From: Cetorhinus maximus
Lineage: Eukaryota
Direction: 5' to 3'
NCBI RefSeq assembly: GCF_964194155.1
Contig: NC_135893.1
Span: 22,630,001-22,694,000 of the forward strand
Length of the DNA: 64,000 bases
This document shows positions 49,251 to 62,433 of this stretch, one piece after another. Every line of letters starts with the position of its first letter. Positions within the stretch are counted from its first letter, which is position 1. The notes beneath the pieces were generated by a model. That model was not told the DNA's origin. It worked only from the letters and a program-made list of their open reading frames with translations, and made no database searches. Made by a program: the position numbers and the translations under genes.

Positions 49251-51289
49251 GAAAAGAAAATGGCAAAACTACCTCATTGGAAAGCCCTTCATTACCAGCA
49301 CCTCATCATCTTCATCTCCCAGGTCCCATTACAAGAAGTGACCTATCTCAAGCCCCTAAAACCCAAAGTCAGTGGGACCGTTCACTTTCCGTCCCTGCTA
49401 GCCTTCCTTCACAAAACCAGAACAAGTTTGAACTTACAGGTGTAAAAAGCCTTCAGATCACTCCTGAGTGCATGGAAACACAGGCAGAAAAACAGGCACT
49501 GTCAGGATCATTGGACAATATATTGACTTCTCTGTCTCCTGATAATCTGTCTGCTCCTTCTCAGGCATCACTAGGGAAAAAGCACATACCACAGTGTGAA
49601 AGCATTAATTGCAGCTCACAAAACCTCTTGAAATATCCAACTTCAGATACAGATGATGAGTCTGTGCCAAAACATGTCTTGCCAGACATGAGTCCACATG
49701 AGGTTGGCATGGAAAAGGGTGGCATCACACAGGAAAACCATTCTCTTCTAAATTTTAGAACAAAATCCCAGCTGGAAAGCATAAACAAAGGAGATTTGGA
49801 GGAACCACCAATAAGAAAAGTTGGAGAGATTTCTTCAGCTGTACAACCAAATTGTGATCCTGTGCCTGATCTGGGTGTAGCTGACAGGTCAATCCAACCA
49901 CCCTCACCTGAACTGGCTTTTGCTGACAGTTCTTCTAACATGGATGAAATGCAACAGTCCACTGAAAGTGGAAAGGAGTTTAATGATCCAGACAGCCACA
50001 TACAGCAAGTCACTGAGCCATCAGACATGGACCTTGAAATAGCTGAAAAAGATCTATGTAGCTGTCAAAAGAGATTTGAGACTGATGGAAAACCACCATT
50101 TGATTCTTTAACTGGGAACATTGAATTCTGTGGTGCTGAAATTGTAAACTCTACTGAACAACAGGAAGAGGAAATTAGACATTCAGCATCAAAAAAGACA
50201 GAAAACAGTTGCCAAAAGGTGGGGAAAGTCCATATTTCAGATCAGGAATTTGAGGATGGACATGTAAGTTCAAACTCCTCTATTGCTCAGGTGGATATAC
50301 CCATTGAGTTTACTAGTGACTACGTGAGAGAAAAATCTGAAGTTGCTCTTGATGCTAATAAAAAGCATGAAGAGGTACATTTGTTTACCGAGATTAAACA
50401 GTCTACCTATCAGCAGGATCAGACATCAGATTCTGATTCACACTTCTCCCCCGTAGCTACTTTATTTAAATTGCATCGAGAGTTAGTCACCTCATGTCAG
50501 GATGCTTCCTTGAAGACATCAGCCAGTTCAGAGGACAACTATCAGTCATATGCAACAAATCAGGAAGAATGTGTTCAACCAATGGAAGTGTCTGAAGAAT
50601 GTTCAGATAATGATGCCCTGAACAGGATGTGTGTTAGCACAGAAATGGAATCTCTTGTTGTGGAAATGGAAAAAGAACCTTTGCTCACAGCTAATTCCGA
50701 AGCTTCTTCCAAAAGAGACAACAGTGTGGAATGCTCCAATGTATTTCCAGAAAAACTTACCTCAGACGTGCCACGAGTTGAATCTGAGGAGATTTTTATA
50801 CATGACGCAAAGGACAAGGCTACAGCTTTTATTATTGTGTCCAAGGATCTATCAAAGGAAATGGAAGTTTCGCCCCCTGAGGAATCATTGCAAACCCAAG
50901 AATTATCAGTAAAGAGTATGGTACATACACCTGACACTGCAGCAGGTGAAAACAGCCAGATGTCACAAAGTAGTGAGACACATTTGCAAGTGATGACAGA
51001 TAATGTAGTGTGTCCTTCAGAGGTCCCAGACGTTTCAGCTGCTCCAATGATATGGGAAGGGACTATGGAAGCAAACGTGAATCAGCCTGATGGACATTCT
51101 TTGGATAGCCCTCTAGGACTGCATTCTCCAGCTTTATCAACCCAGATTTTCCCAGCTGCAAATGTTGAACGAATAAGAAGATCAGGATTTACTCAGCAAG
51201 AAGCAGTCGAGGCCCTTGAACGTTTTCATGGCAATACAGATCTGGCTCTCCTGGTTCTCCTTGCAAGAAAAATTGTGGTTCCTATCTGA
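49251..51289 (+). CDS. rsc1a1: RSC1A1-like terminal exon of the ddi2 locus: long acidic Ser/Glu-rich region plus C-terminal UBA
   Basis: 2-kb uninterrupted ORF after acceptor TTTTTTGTTTTAG. C-terminus IFPAANVERIRRSGFTQQEAVEALERFHGNTDLALLVLLARKIVVPI matches the RSC1A1 UBA. Phase-1 start fits both the exon 8 and exon 9 donors. Confidence 0.9.
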
Positions 51290-52125
51290 AGCTGTCCAAC
51301 AAGAGTCTGTAGGACAGTAATAAGCTGGCACTGTTTCGACATTTGGGCCTACAAATGGGTATCTGTTGGTCGAAAGGAAGCGAGTTTCAGTCAGAATCAT
51401 TATTTTTGGATGTTGTTGGGAAAAACCTGTTTTATCTGTTGATATCATCTGTCACTGGCAAACTGGTTATTGTGGTCAAGTTTCAGCAACATTAGTATTT
51501 GATTTCAGTGCCATTCTGGAGTTACTACTTCACTCCGCAATATTCACTGGTAGCCCATAAGCCTACCAACCCAGCTCTATTTAAATATCAACCCTAATGC
51601 TGTTTAAACTGCCTATGATTTTTAAGTGAATATTCTCAAAGCTGGTTTGGCACAGCAAGGAGGAGGAAGGACAAAAGTAGCAGGTTTGAATCCTTGGAAG
51701 ATGATCTACGTGTACGTGCAGTATTCATGGTGGAATCATGTTAGATTTAAAATTTGCGCAAGGTCAGTAGTTGTCTACATTGGATTTGGGGGTTGCTTTA
51801 GGGTTTGGCTTAACCAGAGGGAGAAGTGGAAAGTCTCTATCATGTTTCCTCCATAAAGTTCATGTATCTCACCTTCTGAGAACACAAATTTTTAGAATTA
51901 TTTTACTCTTTTATAGCCTTTGTCAAATCTGACACAGCAACACCACCTCTGCTGGACATTTGTCACATTTGAGGCATATTCAGTATTCACAGTTGGTAAA
52001 AATTGTTTTATGAAGGTGTTTGTGCATTTTTTTTCTTAATTGACAGTAGTGATGTTGCTGTAATCTTCAATGGCTGCTTAGTGCAACCTCTGGTCTTTGT
52101 TTTTTCTCTTTTTTTAAACCAAATA

Positions 52126-52131
52126 ATTAAA
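52126..52131 (+). terminator. Possible polyadenylation signal for ddi2/rsc1a1-like transcript
   Basis: ATTAAA after a T-rich tract, with GT-rich TTGGTTTTGTGT downstream. Confidence 0.4.
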
Positions 52132-52382
52132 AAAAGTTATTGCCAAACAAAATATTGGTTTTGTGTCACCTGATGCGAGCATTTAAAAAGCTATCTGTAT
52201 GAAGAAGGCTAGAAATCTGAAGTGTTCTGACTTCTTGTCTGTAAAAGCTGATTTCAGCCAAAGATGCAATGATGAAGTAGTAGGTTAAGGTTCTGGAGGA
52301 TAGCAGATGGGAATAATGCACGATGAAAATCTTGATTCATCATTGAAACCTCTGAAACTATTACCGTCATAATCTGGACTCT

Positions 52383-53286
52383 CAGGGCTGAATCTTAATT
52401 CTCAAAAACTGGTGGGTTGGGCTCATGTCGCAAATTAAAATGTACAAAATCTGTAACAGGAACTGAACCTGCACACTTCCAGTTTTAACAGAGGTGGGAT
52501 GAGGGGTGGGCAATCAACTCATTCATAGAAAGGGATTTGCTCATTTAACTATTATAACGAGGCAGCGTGCTTACATTTTAACAGGCATTCTATTTTTAAC
52601 CATGGACAGCCAGGTATCATACAAATTAGGAGCAGGAGTAGGCCATTCAGTTCCTCAAGGTTACCCTACCATTCAACAAGATCATGGCTGATCTGATGTG
52701 GGCCCAACTCTGTCCCAGGCAAGAGGCGCTGAATCCATGGCGTAACTGCCTTCACAACACAGCTATGGGTCAAGAGGAGCAGGCGTGCTTCCTCCAGACC
52801 CAACAAGCTAACTCAGTAAACTGCACCCACCCCGCCCTCCATCCTCATGTGATCTGTCTATGCTCCAGAACGTAATCAGACTCGAGCATGATCGGGACCC
52901 TCTCCCACCGACTCACCATCTGACTCTTCCCTCATGACCAGGACCCCTCGGCCACCGTGGAACTCTTCAGTCCCCTGTAACCTGGACTCCTCCAAGTTTC
53001 TGAAAGTAATACTTAGTCCTGTTACAGATCTGGAAATTTTCTCTTTACAGTACTTACATTGCAGAAGCATTAAACAAATATCTCTAGTGAGCTTAAACCA
53101 AAATATTATAACTCCAAATGAAGGCATTCTCCCTGAAAGTCTTTGTACCTTATGAATTGAGCTGCACTATTGTCGAACCAATAAGTAATAAGAAAGTATT
53201 TGTCAAACCTAGCTGCTGTAATAGACTTTGGCCCTCTGAAGCTGGCTTCCTGCCTGAAAGGCTTCCAGCCTGTAAGATTGGGCTGT
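52383..53286. mobile_element. MITE-like element with a small CR1-tail insert (about 52620-52700)
   Basis: Imperfect TIRs CAGGGCTGAATCTTA / TAAGATTGGGGCTG. Confidence 0.4.
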
Positions 53287-55744
53287 GTGGGGGTGGAAAC
53301 CTCACTAATAGCAGTCTTGCAGTTAAATCAGTTAAATTCTGCCAGCCCTCCTTTTTCCCTGTTTCCCCTCCAACACACACACACATTCACAGAACTCACC
53401 TCCAGGCGTCAATGTCTTCTGAAAAACTTCTTTAAAAAGAACTGTGTTTCTTCAGATTGATTCTTTATATTCCATATAGGATAGGCTGAGCTTCCTGACT
53501 GGGTGACTTGCATCAAAGATGCTCTCTTATGAGAAATTTCTTGACATAGATTTTGCTAGGCATCCCTGATGTCCTTGTAGCTACCAAAGCATACATACAA
53601 ATGTGTTCCAGGTTCAGTCACCAGTTTGCTGATCTCAACTGGGGCAAACGTTGGGGTACTGCAACTGGCTTCAGTGATCATGAGGATAGGAAGGAGAAAA
53701 TTAGATTGGGTCGCTGCTCTTTATCATTGTCCGTTGATCCTCATCGTCCATTGACCCTTGTTGGAAAGTTTGTCTAGGTGGACATCAAAACAGGATCACA
53801 CTTATCCCTGACGTGTCCAGCATTCACTGCCAAAATTCACTCTCCCAAATCGTTACATGAAGAATGGACACTTGAGTGTGGTACCAGAGAGCATCACATT
53901 ATCCCCTTGGATCGGCATCCCAGCAAGAGATGGCACTTTCGAAGAGATATATTTCTTCATTCACATCCCTCACATTCTGTTGGACAAAGCAGGTTGATGT
54001 TAGGAGGATCATATGCCCTTTCTGATATAGATTATGTTGTTGGCACATCACCAAAGATGATTTCAAGTGTATGGGGGATGTGCTGAAGAGATATAAAGAG
54101 AGCCTAAGACAGCTCAGCCTCCACAAGAGAGAAAATGGTTACAGGGGTGTCTTCTTGAAGTTCAAGAAATATTAAATGCTTGGATAAGGTTAAAATAATA
54201 CTGCTTAGTGGGAGCAGAAGTCACAAGTATAACTTAATAGAAAATAAATGTAAATCTAATAAAAGGAACTGCTTCACACAAAAGGGAAAAGTTGGTGATA
54301 GTCCAGGAAAGAGAAACATCTACTGTAGGTGGTTAAAACATAGCCAGTTACCAGGCTTGGACAGATAAAGACTGGAAGGGTGAGCTTTGGCCCTTGATTT
54401 TGTTTTTCTTATGACCTCTCACATGGCATACATAAAGGTGGATTCATCAATGACAGATTGTTGTGTTATTCTAGCCATATTCAGGTTTTCCTGGGGATAC
54501 TTTGGAAACATTATCAATTATTTTGGTTTCTGAAGTGAACATGAGAAATATTCACAATCCAGAAGAGAACCATAATGGTTCCAAAAAGACATGGTAAGTA
54601 TACTCATCCACTGTGCCTTAACCTCTATCTGAAGGATGGAAAGATTATCTGTAGTGATCCTCAAGGTGGGATCAGCCTTCAAGAATTCAGTCAATCAGAA
54701 TGAAACATTTGAGCCTAATATATTAAAGCTGAACAAAGCATGCTCCTTTCAGGAGTACTTCCTTGGCATCTTGATATCAAGCTTTGCAAAAAGTTAGTTC
54801 TCTAACTTCAGCTGTTGGTCGTAGATTAGTTTCTGCATCAAAAATCTTCTGTTTCTCTGCACCAGTTTTTACTGAGCACATCTAAAGCCACAAAGATCCA
54901 AATTGAATGTTTTATAGCTCCTCAGTGTCGAGATGCTATTTTGAATTGGAGGTTGCCATGAATCTCAAATGCCATTGGCAGTTGGCTTCCAAGTCATTAG
55001 TACACTTGGCAATGACTTTTCTTGACCAATGGTCTTGGTTGATCCTTTGTTAATGCAAATTGCTGATGTTATGATATAGTCATTGATACATTATAATAGT
55101 TATTATGCACCAGGAATTGCCTTGGTCTGCTGTTGCATTTGGCCTTGTTTTCATATTTCCTGGTGAAGTCTACAATTGTATCCAAATAAATCTGTTGCTG
55201 GGTACTCTGAGTGGCACTTCCATAGACAGGTCAGCTTCTGTTAGAAGTTTGCCAATGTGAGACTGACCTCAATATCTAAGACAGAAAAGGGAAAAGAGGA
55301 AATGAAAGCAGGAAAACAGCATGCTGATCAGCATTTAAAGAGAAAGATAGATTAATGTTTCCAATCTGACCTTTCATTGGAACTCCATATCAAAAACCTG
55401 TTTTGCCCAGTTGTTTTTCAATTTTATGCCTTGTTCTCCTCCATTCCCCTGTCTGCCATAAAAGTGGGAGAAGAAGTAAGGTATTGGGTTCTTGTCCAAT
55501 TACAAAGAATTGCCATACATCCAGCCTCTTTACCAAGTTGCTAATTTGTGGCTGCAGTCAGTCCGCTAGAGAAAGCTGCATGTTTCTCTCTACCAATTAA
55601 TTAGCAAAGCCAATTAAAGAATGCATAACCTCTTTTATCACCAAACTCGAGAGGCACTGCCTGATTTAAGCAGGGTACAGACTTTATACAGATTACCTGA
55701 CTTCACATGGTGCCTTAACCACTCTTCTCCATGCAATTCCTACA

Positions 55745-56150
55745 AATCCACTTGATCAGCATCCCATCCATCACATTAAACATTCATGCTCTCCACAGCT
55801 GATGCATCATGGTTAGAGTGTGCACCAGCTACAGATGCACCACTGAAACTCGCCAAAGCTTCTTCAACAGTACTTCCCAAACCCAACACCTAGAAGGATA
55901 AAACACCATTGCTTCTGCGTTCCCCTCTGAGCCGCACACCATTTTGACTTGGAGATATATTCACCGTTCCTTCATCATTGATGGGTCAAAGTCCTAGAAC
56001 TTCCTACCTAATAGCATTGTAGGAGAACCTTCACCATATGGAATACAGTGATTGATTCAAGAAGGAAGTTCACCACCTCCCTCTCATGGGCAAATAGGGA
56101 TGAACAATAAGTGCCAATGCCCACGTCCTGACAATGAATATAAAAAAAGT
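55745..56150 (+). mobile_element. Degenerate 3' fragment of the CR1/L2-group LINE family
   Basis: Similar to 24205-24630, ending GGGCAAATAGGGATG...ATGAATATAAAAAAA. Confidence 0.65.
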
Positions 56151-56519
56151 GAACCATTATACAGAACCATCTTTGATGCCTGAGAAACCATTGTTATGAT
56201 TTGGGTGCTCCCAACTCTTTCATTCATATTAACAGCAAAAGGCAATTTCCTTAACCCTGAGTCTCCTACAACATCAAAGTTGTAACTTTATGCATGGCAA
56301 GAAAGGAATCATGTGTCGCAAGACTAACCTTTACTCTTGATCCAAATCTTTCACGCCATTGACTATACATGTTGCCTACCCTCTTGTCTTGCTCACACTG
56401 AAATATGGAAAACACCACTGAACACCATTCAGGCGAACACTAATATTGAAGCTTACAAGAATTTGAATTGAACTGAAACAAAATAATACAGAAAATAATC
56501 AGCAATATTTGATTTGCAC

Positions 56520-59175
56520 TCATAAGATCATAAGAAATAGCAGGAGTATGCCATTTGATCCATTGAGCCTGCTTCACTATTCAATATGATCATGGTTGAT
56601 CTGATTGTGGCCTTAATTCCACTTTCCTGTCTGCCACCCCATAACCCTTGACTCCTTTGTCAATCAAAATCCTGTCTAGCTCAGCCTTGAATACACTCAG
56701 TGACTCAGCCTGCATTGCTGTCTGTGGAAGAGAATTCCAAAGACTAACAACCCCCTGAAAGAAGAAATTACTCAAATCTGTCTTAAATGAGACACCTCTT
56801 ATTTTTAAAGCCTGCCCCCTAGTTCTATGTTCCCCCCACGAGGGGAAACATCCTCTCAACATCTACCTTGTAAAGCTCCCTCAGAATCTTATATGTTTCA
56901 TTGAGTATAGGCCCAACCTTTCCTCACCTTCGCTTCATCCCAGGAATCAGCCTAGTGAACCTTTTCTGAACTGCTTCCAATGCAAGTACATCACTCCTTA
57001 AGTAAGGAGGCCAAAATTGTACACAGTACTCTAGGTGTAGTCTCACCAATGCCCTGTACAGAGTTTTTATACTTAAATCCCTTATAATAAAGGCCAACAT
57101 TCCATTTGCCTTCCCAATTATTTGCTGTACCTGCATGCTAACTTCTTGTGATTCATGTACAAAGACACCCAGAATCTTCTGTACTACAGCATTCTACAGT
57201 CTGTCTCCATTTAAATAATATTCTGCTTTTCTAATCTTCCTGCCAAAGTTGACAACCTCACAATTTCCCATATTATACTCCATCTGCCAAATTTTTGCCC
57301 ACTCACTTAGCCTATCTATATCCCTTTGCAGACTCTGTATCCTTCTCGCAACTTTCTTTCCTACCTATCTTTCTTACCTATCATCAGCAAATTTGGCTAC
57401 AATACAGTCGGTACCTTTAGCCAAGTCATTAACATAGATTGTAAATAGTTGAGCACTGATCCCTGCAGCACTCCACTAGTTGTAGATTGCCAACCTAAAA
57501 ATGACCCTTTATCCTGACTCTCTGTTTCCTGTTAGTTAGCCAATCCTCTATCCATGCTAATATATCACCTCCAGCATGAGCTCTTATGCAGTAACCTTTT
57601 ATGTGGCACCTTAACAAATGCTATTTGGAAATCTTAATACACTACATCTACTGGTTCCCCTTTATCACCCTGCTTGTTACATCCTCAAAGAATTCTAATA
57701 AATTTATCAAACACAATTTCCATTTCACAAAACCATGTGACTCTGCCTGATTGTATTATGATTTTCTAAATGTCCTGTTACTACCTCCTTAATGGATTCT
57801 AACATTTTACCAATGATAGATATTAGACTAATTAGCCTATAGTTTCCTATTTTCTGTCTCCCCCTCTTGAATGGTGAAGTTACATTTTCAGTTTTCCAAT
57901 CTGCTGGGACCTTTCCAGTGAATTTTGGAAGATTACAACTAATGCATCCAATATTGCTGCAGCTACTTTCTTTAAGACTCTAGGATACAGGCTGTCAGGT
58001 CCAGGGATCTAGCCAGCCTTTAGTCCCAATAGTTTTTCTGCTAGCTTTTCTCTAGTGATTGTAAGTTCCTCCCTTTTGACCCTGCTTTTCTACCATTCTT
58101 ACGATGTTTTTGTGTCTTTTATTCTGAAGACAGATACAAAATACTTGTTTAATGTGTCTGCCATTTCCTTGTTTTCCATTATTAATTCCCCAGTTTCACC
58201 CTCCTAAGGGTCTAAAGCTCAGTTTTGCTACTCTTTTCCTTTTTATATACTTGCAGAAGCTTTTATTATCTGTTTTTATATTTCTTGCAAGCGTTTTCTC
58301 ATACTCTAATTTCTCCTTTATTTTTAAGTCATCCTTTGCTAGTTTCTAAAATGTTTTCAACCTTCTACCACATCTTTGTAGCATTGTACATCTCTTCTTT
58401 CAATTAGATACCACCCTTAACTTCTTTAGTTGGCCACGGAAGTTGCAGCTTTCTTGTAGAGTCTTTCTTTCTCAATGGAATATATCTTTGTTGAACTATC
58501 TGCTTAAATGTCTCCTACTGCTCTACCTTTTAACCCATTTTCCTTTTCCACTTTAGTGAACTCTGTCTTCATATTCTTGTAATTGTCTTTATTTAAGTTT
58601 AAGATATTAGTTTCAGACTCCGGTTTCTCACCTTCAAACTGAATGTGAAATTGTATCACGTTATGAGCATTCTTACCTAGAGGATCCTTTACTGTGAGGT
58701 CATTTATTAATTCTGTCTCACTACACATTATGAGGTCTAAAATGGCCTGTTCCCTGGTTGGTTCCAGAATGTATTGTAAGAAACTGTCCCAATACACTCT
58801 ATGAATTCATCCTCCAGGCTCCATTTGTCAATTTGATTTGTCCAATCTATGAAGATTAAAATCTCCCACAATTATTGCAGTAGCTTTCCTATAAGCACCC
58901 AATATTTCTTGATTTACACTCCATCCTATAATGTAGCTACTATAGATGGGGATGGGTGGGGGGAGGGTGGGGTCTATAAACCACTCCCACCAGTGACTTT
59001 CCTTTGCTATTTCTTATCTCCACCCAAACTGATTCTATATCTTGATGCTCCGAACCAAGATCATTTCTCGCGATTGTACTGACCTCATCCTTTATTAACA
59101 GAGCTACCCCACCTCCTTTTGCTTTCTTCCTGTCCTTCGAAATGTCAAATACTGGAGTACTCAGGTCCCAGGTGT
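56520..59175 (-). mobile_element. Long degenerate CR1 LINE (endonuclease end, RT, 3'UTR)
   Basis: Minus ORFs DSFLQYILEPTREQAILDLIMC...DPLGKNAHNVI (EN), KANGMLAFI...LVRLHLEYCVQFW, WNSLPQ; tail at 56520-56560. Confidence 0.9.
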
Positions 59176-59384
59176 GGTCATTTTGCCCTGTATTTTAAAC
59201 TGTCTCAATAAAACATCTAAAATCTGTGTCCTTTTCAGAATCTTTTGACTGAGTCTGATGAATGTTATATGAATATTTAAACTCTATGGAGCCCCTACTG
59301 CTAACATGCAGATAGGCAAATCAGACTGCTGTCCAGAAGTACTTGAGCATTTTTTAGTTTGGTCAGCTTCCTTCCCTCGAAGCA

Positions 59385-59657
59385 TGCAACTGCTCTATTA
59401 ACCCATTACCGCCCCTTTTGCCTTGCACTATCATCCCTTTTGTCATTTAATCTCTCCTGCCTTCCACCCTATCACTGATCCGTCCTTTTGTTTTTACCTC
59501 CACTTCCCACTTTTTCTGCCTCTTGCTTAAAATCTGCTACGTCAGTAACCTTTTCCAGTGATGCTGAAAGGCCGTCAACATGAAATGTTAACTTTGTTTC
59601 TGTCTCCACAGATGCTCTCTGACTTGCTGAGTGTTTCCAGCAAATTCTGTTTTCATT
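59385..59657 (+). mobile_element. Penelope 3'/terminal-repeat fragment nested in a CR1 remnant
   Basis: GAAATGTTAACT...CCACAGATGCT...GCTGAGTGTTTCCAGC...CTGTTTT. Confidence 0.6.
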
Positions 59658-60289
59658 CACCATTACTCTTTGCTTTCTGCCCCTTAGCCAATTTTGCATC
59701 CATGTTGGCACTGTTCTTTTAATACATCGGCTTTAATTTTGCTGACAAGTCTATTGTGGAGTACTTTGTTAAATGCTAATATTCAAATTAAAAGCTATCT
59801 CCAGGAGTATTTGTATATTGTTTTACTTACCCTCCCTGTAAAGGCACAGAAGGTATTTTAACGAGTTCTGTAACAGAAGTCCATTTACAATTCACAGTAT
59901 ATTGGCTGAAGTAAAATTTCATATATTAATAAATATGTTAATGGACATTTTATGATTACTTTAATCACAGATAGTATAGATGAAAATACACTTCAATATT
60001 TTGCTAACCAGTTTGCAGCTGGAACTCTCTGCACTGTCATCGTCCTTTGTGATAGATGTCTCTCTGGAGGAAGCCAGGACACAAGGAATATGGCATTCTT
60101 CTGTGGAATTCATGGCACTGAAACAGGCTATGAGTAGTTTGGCTGAACTTGAATTACTTTAAGGGGCAAGCACTTTATAAAGTTATAAAAATGTAGACTG
60201 ACATTGCAGCTGTGGTATACAGTATTGAAAAGCTGCCTGGTACTGGATGCTTGATTGTTTGCCTCAGTACCATGCAAATATTACACAGA

Positions 60290-60680
60290 CTTACATAAGA
60301 TATATGACATAGAAACAGGCCATTTGGCCCAACCACTCCATATCAGCGTTTATGCTCCACTCGAGCCTCCTCCCATCTTTCCTCCTCTAAATCTATCATC
60401 ATAACATCTATTCCCTCCTCCCTCATATGCTTGTCTAGATTTTCCTTAAACTATTCACTTTAACCATTCCCTGTGGTAGTGAGTTCCACATTCTCAAACT
60501 CTTTGGGTAAAAAAGTTTCTGGATTCCCTACTGGATTTCTTGGTGACTATCTTATATTATGGCCTCTCATTATGCTCTTACTCAGAAGAGGAAACATTCT
60601 CTCTGTGTCCCTGCTATCAAAATCTTTCATAATTTTAAAGACCACTATTAAGTTACTCCTTGTCTTTTTTTCAAGAAATG
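60290..60680 (-). mobile_element. CR1 3' fragment
   Basis: GAAACAGGCCATTTGGCCC tail; similar to 7390-7780. Confidence 0.55.
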
Positions 60681-60940
60681 TGATGGTGCAAATTGAATTT
60701 ATGAATTTGTCAATTCATCAAACAGCAGAAGCATAGAGTGAGCAGGTGGATAGCCCGAGCAGTATTAAGATCTAGTTTCACAAATCGTACCTTCTCTCAA
60801 ATGTGTTAATTGTTGTTTTTTAGCAATGGGGCTGTTTGGAAATACCTTGGGCTATAGCCCATAACACAATTGCTGGGGTTCTGCTGAAAGTTAGTGCAGT
60901 GGCCCTGGACATCTAACCCATAATCAGTTGATAAAACATA

Positions 60941-61620
60941 GGGCAGGATATTGAGGTCGGCGAGTGGGAGGCGGGGCCCGCTTGCTGACTCGTAAAATGA
61001 CGTGGGATGACGTCAGGCAGAACTCCCGACGTTACCCTGCGTCATTTCAATTTTCAGGTCGGCGGGGGTGCAGCCAAATCAGCTGTGCGCCCACCGACCT
61101 GTCAATGGCCAATTGAGGCCATTTAAAAACGAATTGAACTAGTTAAAGGACCTGCCCGTCCAACCTTAAGGTTGGCAGACAGGCCGGGAGCCCTGGCAGG
61201 CTTCAGAAAAAGCATGAAACCTCATCCATGGGCGGGATGAGGTTTCATGTAGGTTTTTAAAAATTTAATAAAAGTTTAATTGAAAGTGATGGACATGTCC
61301 CAACTCATGTGACAATGTCACAAGAGGGGACATGTCAGGGAAATTTTATTTTTCACATTTACCATTTTAAAATTTGGCACTGATCTCCCTGAGGCAGCAC
61401 TTAGCCCCAGGAAGAGGAGTGCGCTCTGTCGTGCGCATGCGTGAAAGAGCGTGCTCCCAGCTGAGGGAATACCCCCGCCCGCACAGAGAGTGCATAGTGC
61501 TTAATTGGCCCACCCAAGTAAAATGGTGGCGTCCTCCCTGATCGGGGGTGCCGATTGGAGGTGCACCTGCACGCGCCCGCTGCTGAATTCCACCCCCCCA
61601 ACAGGGGGAAAATTCTGCCC
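60941..61620. mobile_element. PIF/Harbinger-like MITE with internal palindrome
   Basis: TIRs GGGCAGGATATT / AAAATTCTGCCC, 3-bp TSD ATA/ATA, internal hairpin CATGAAACCTCATCC...GGATGAGGTTTCATG (61213-61249). Confidence 0.7.
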
Positions 61621-61851
61621 ATACTTTCCATCAGCAATGCCTATGAAAGTTTAAAATACCATGTAAAAATATTTGACCTCACCTTTGTTTAATGCATAAA
61701 CAGCTTGCATTTTTAGGCTGTCTTTAACGAAGAAGATATTGCAAGGAAAGTTAAAGAGGGTGGATAAAGATGACCAAATGAATGCTGGGCTATGTGACAG
61801 AGATTAGAAGGGATGCCAGATAGCTTGGCCAAAAGTATATATTTTGAGGTT

Positions 61852-62432
61852 TTGAATGTTGGAGAGGCAAAGATGTTTAGATAAAGAATTTGAGAGAGTA
61901 TGGCAAAGGTGGCTAGAGATAATGTAATTAATGGTGGGACAAAGATAGGAGGATGCACAAAAGACCAGAAATGGGTAACAGAGGTGATCAATGGGGAGAT
62001 GGTGACAATGGTGACGTTTCACACAAAATTAATCATATAGGATGAAAAACAAGAGATACAGAGTGGGTGCTAGCAGATCAATCACCTGTTAAACACCCAG
62101 TCCAATTTTCCTTCACATTGTCTTCAATGGAAAGGACTATTGTATGGGTGTATAATCAGTGGCTGTTTCGCTACAACTCATTTTGCATCCCTGTTGTAGT
62201 TGAATTTTGTATCTGATTTGCAGTTTAGAAATTTGTGGACCATTTGATCCAAAAAAAGGACAAGTTGCAGTAGTGTTATCAGCCTCTCCCCATTGATCAC
62301 CTCTGTTCTGCATTTCTGGTCTTTTGTGCATCCTCCTATCTTTGTCCCACCATTAATTACATTATCTCTAGCCATCTTTGCCATACTCTCTCAAATTCTT
62401 TATCTAAACGCCTTTGCCTCTCCAACATTCAA
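61852..62432. repeat. 148-bp inverted repeat (arms 61852-61999 and 62285-62432)
   Basis: Arms are reverse complements with about 6 mismatches by eye; mirrored ORFs appear in the track. Confidence 0.9.
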
Positions 62433-62433
62433 T

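Larger units (their letters stand above)
30507..51289 (+). other. ddi2: DDI2 gene span (UBL-HDD-retroviral-like aspartic protease-UIM). Short form ends at 46670 (about 411 aa); long form runs into the RSC1A1-like/UBA exon (about 1085 aa)
   Basis: Exon translations track human DDI2; catalytic DSGA is split across exons 5/6; phases are consistent. Confidence 0.95.

Noticed and set aside
54420-55270. Possible exon or decayed RTE-like endonuclease
   Set aside because: Only vague motif resemblance and no sustained frame.
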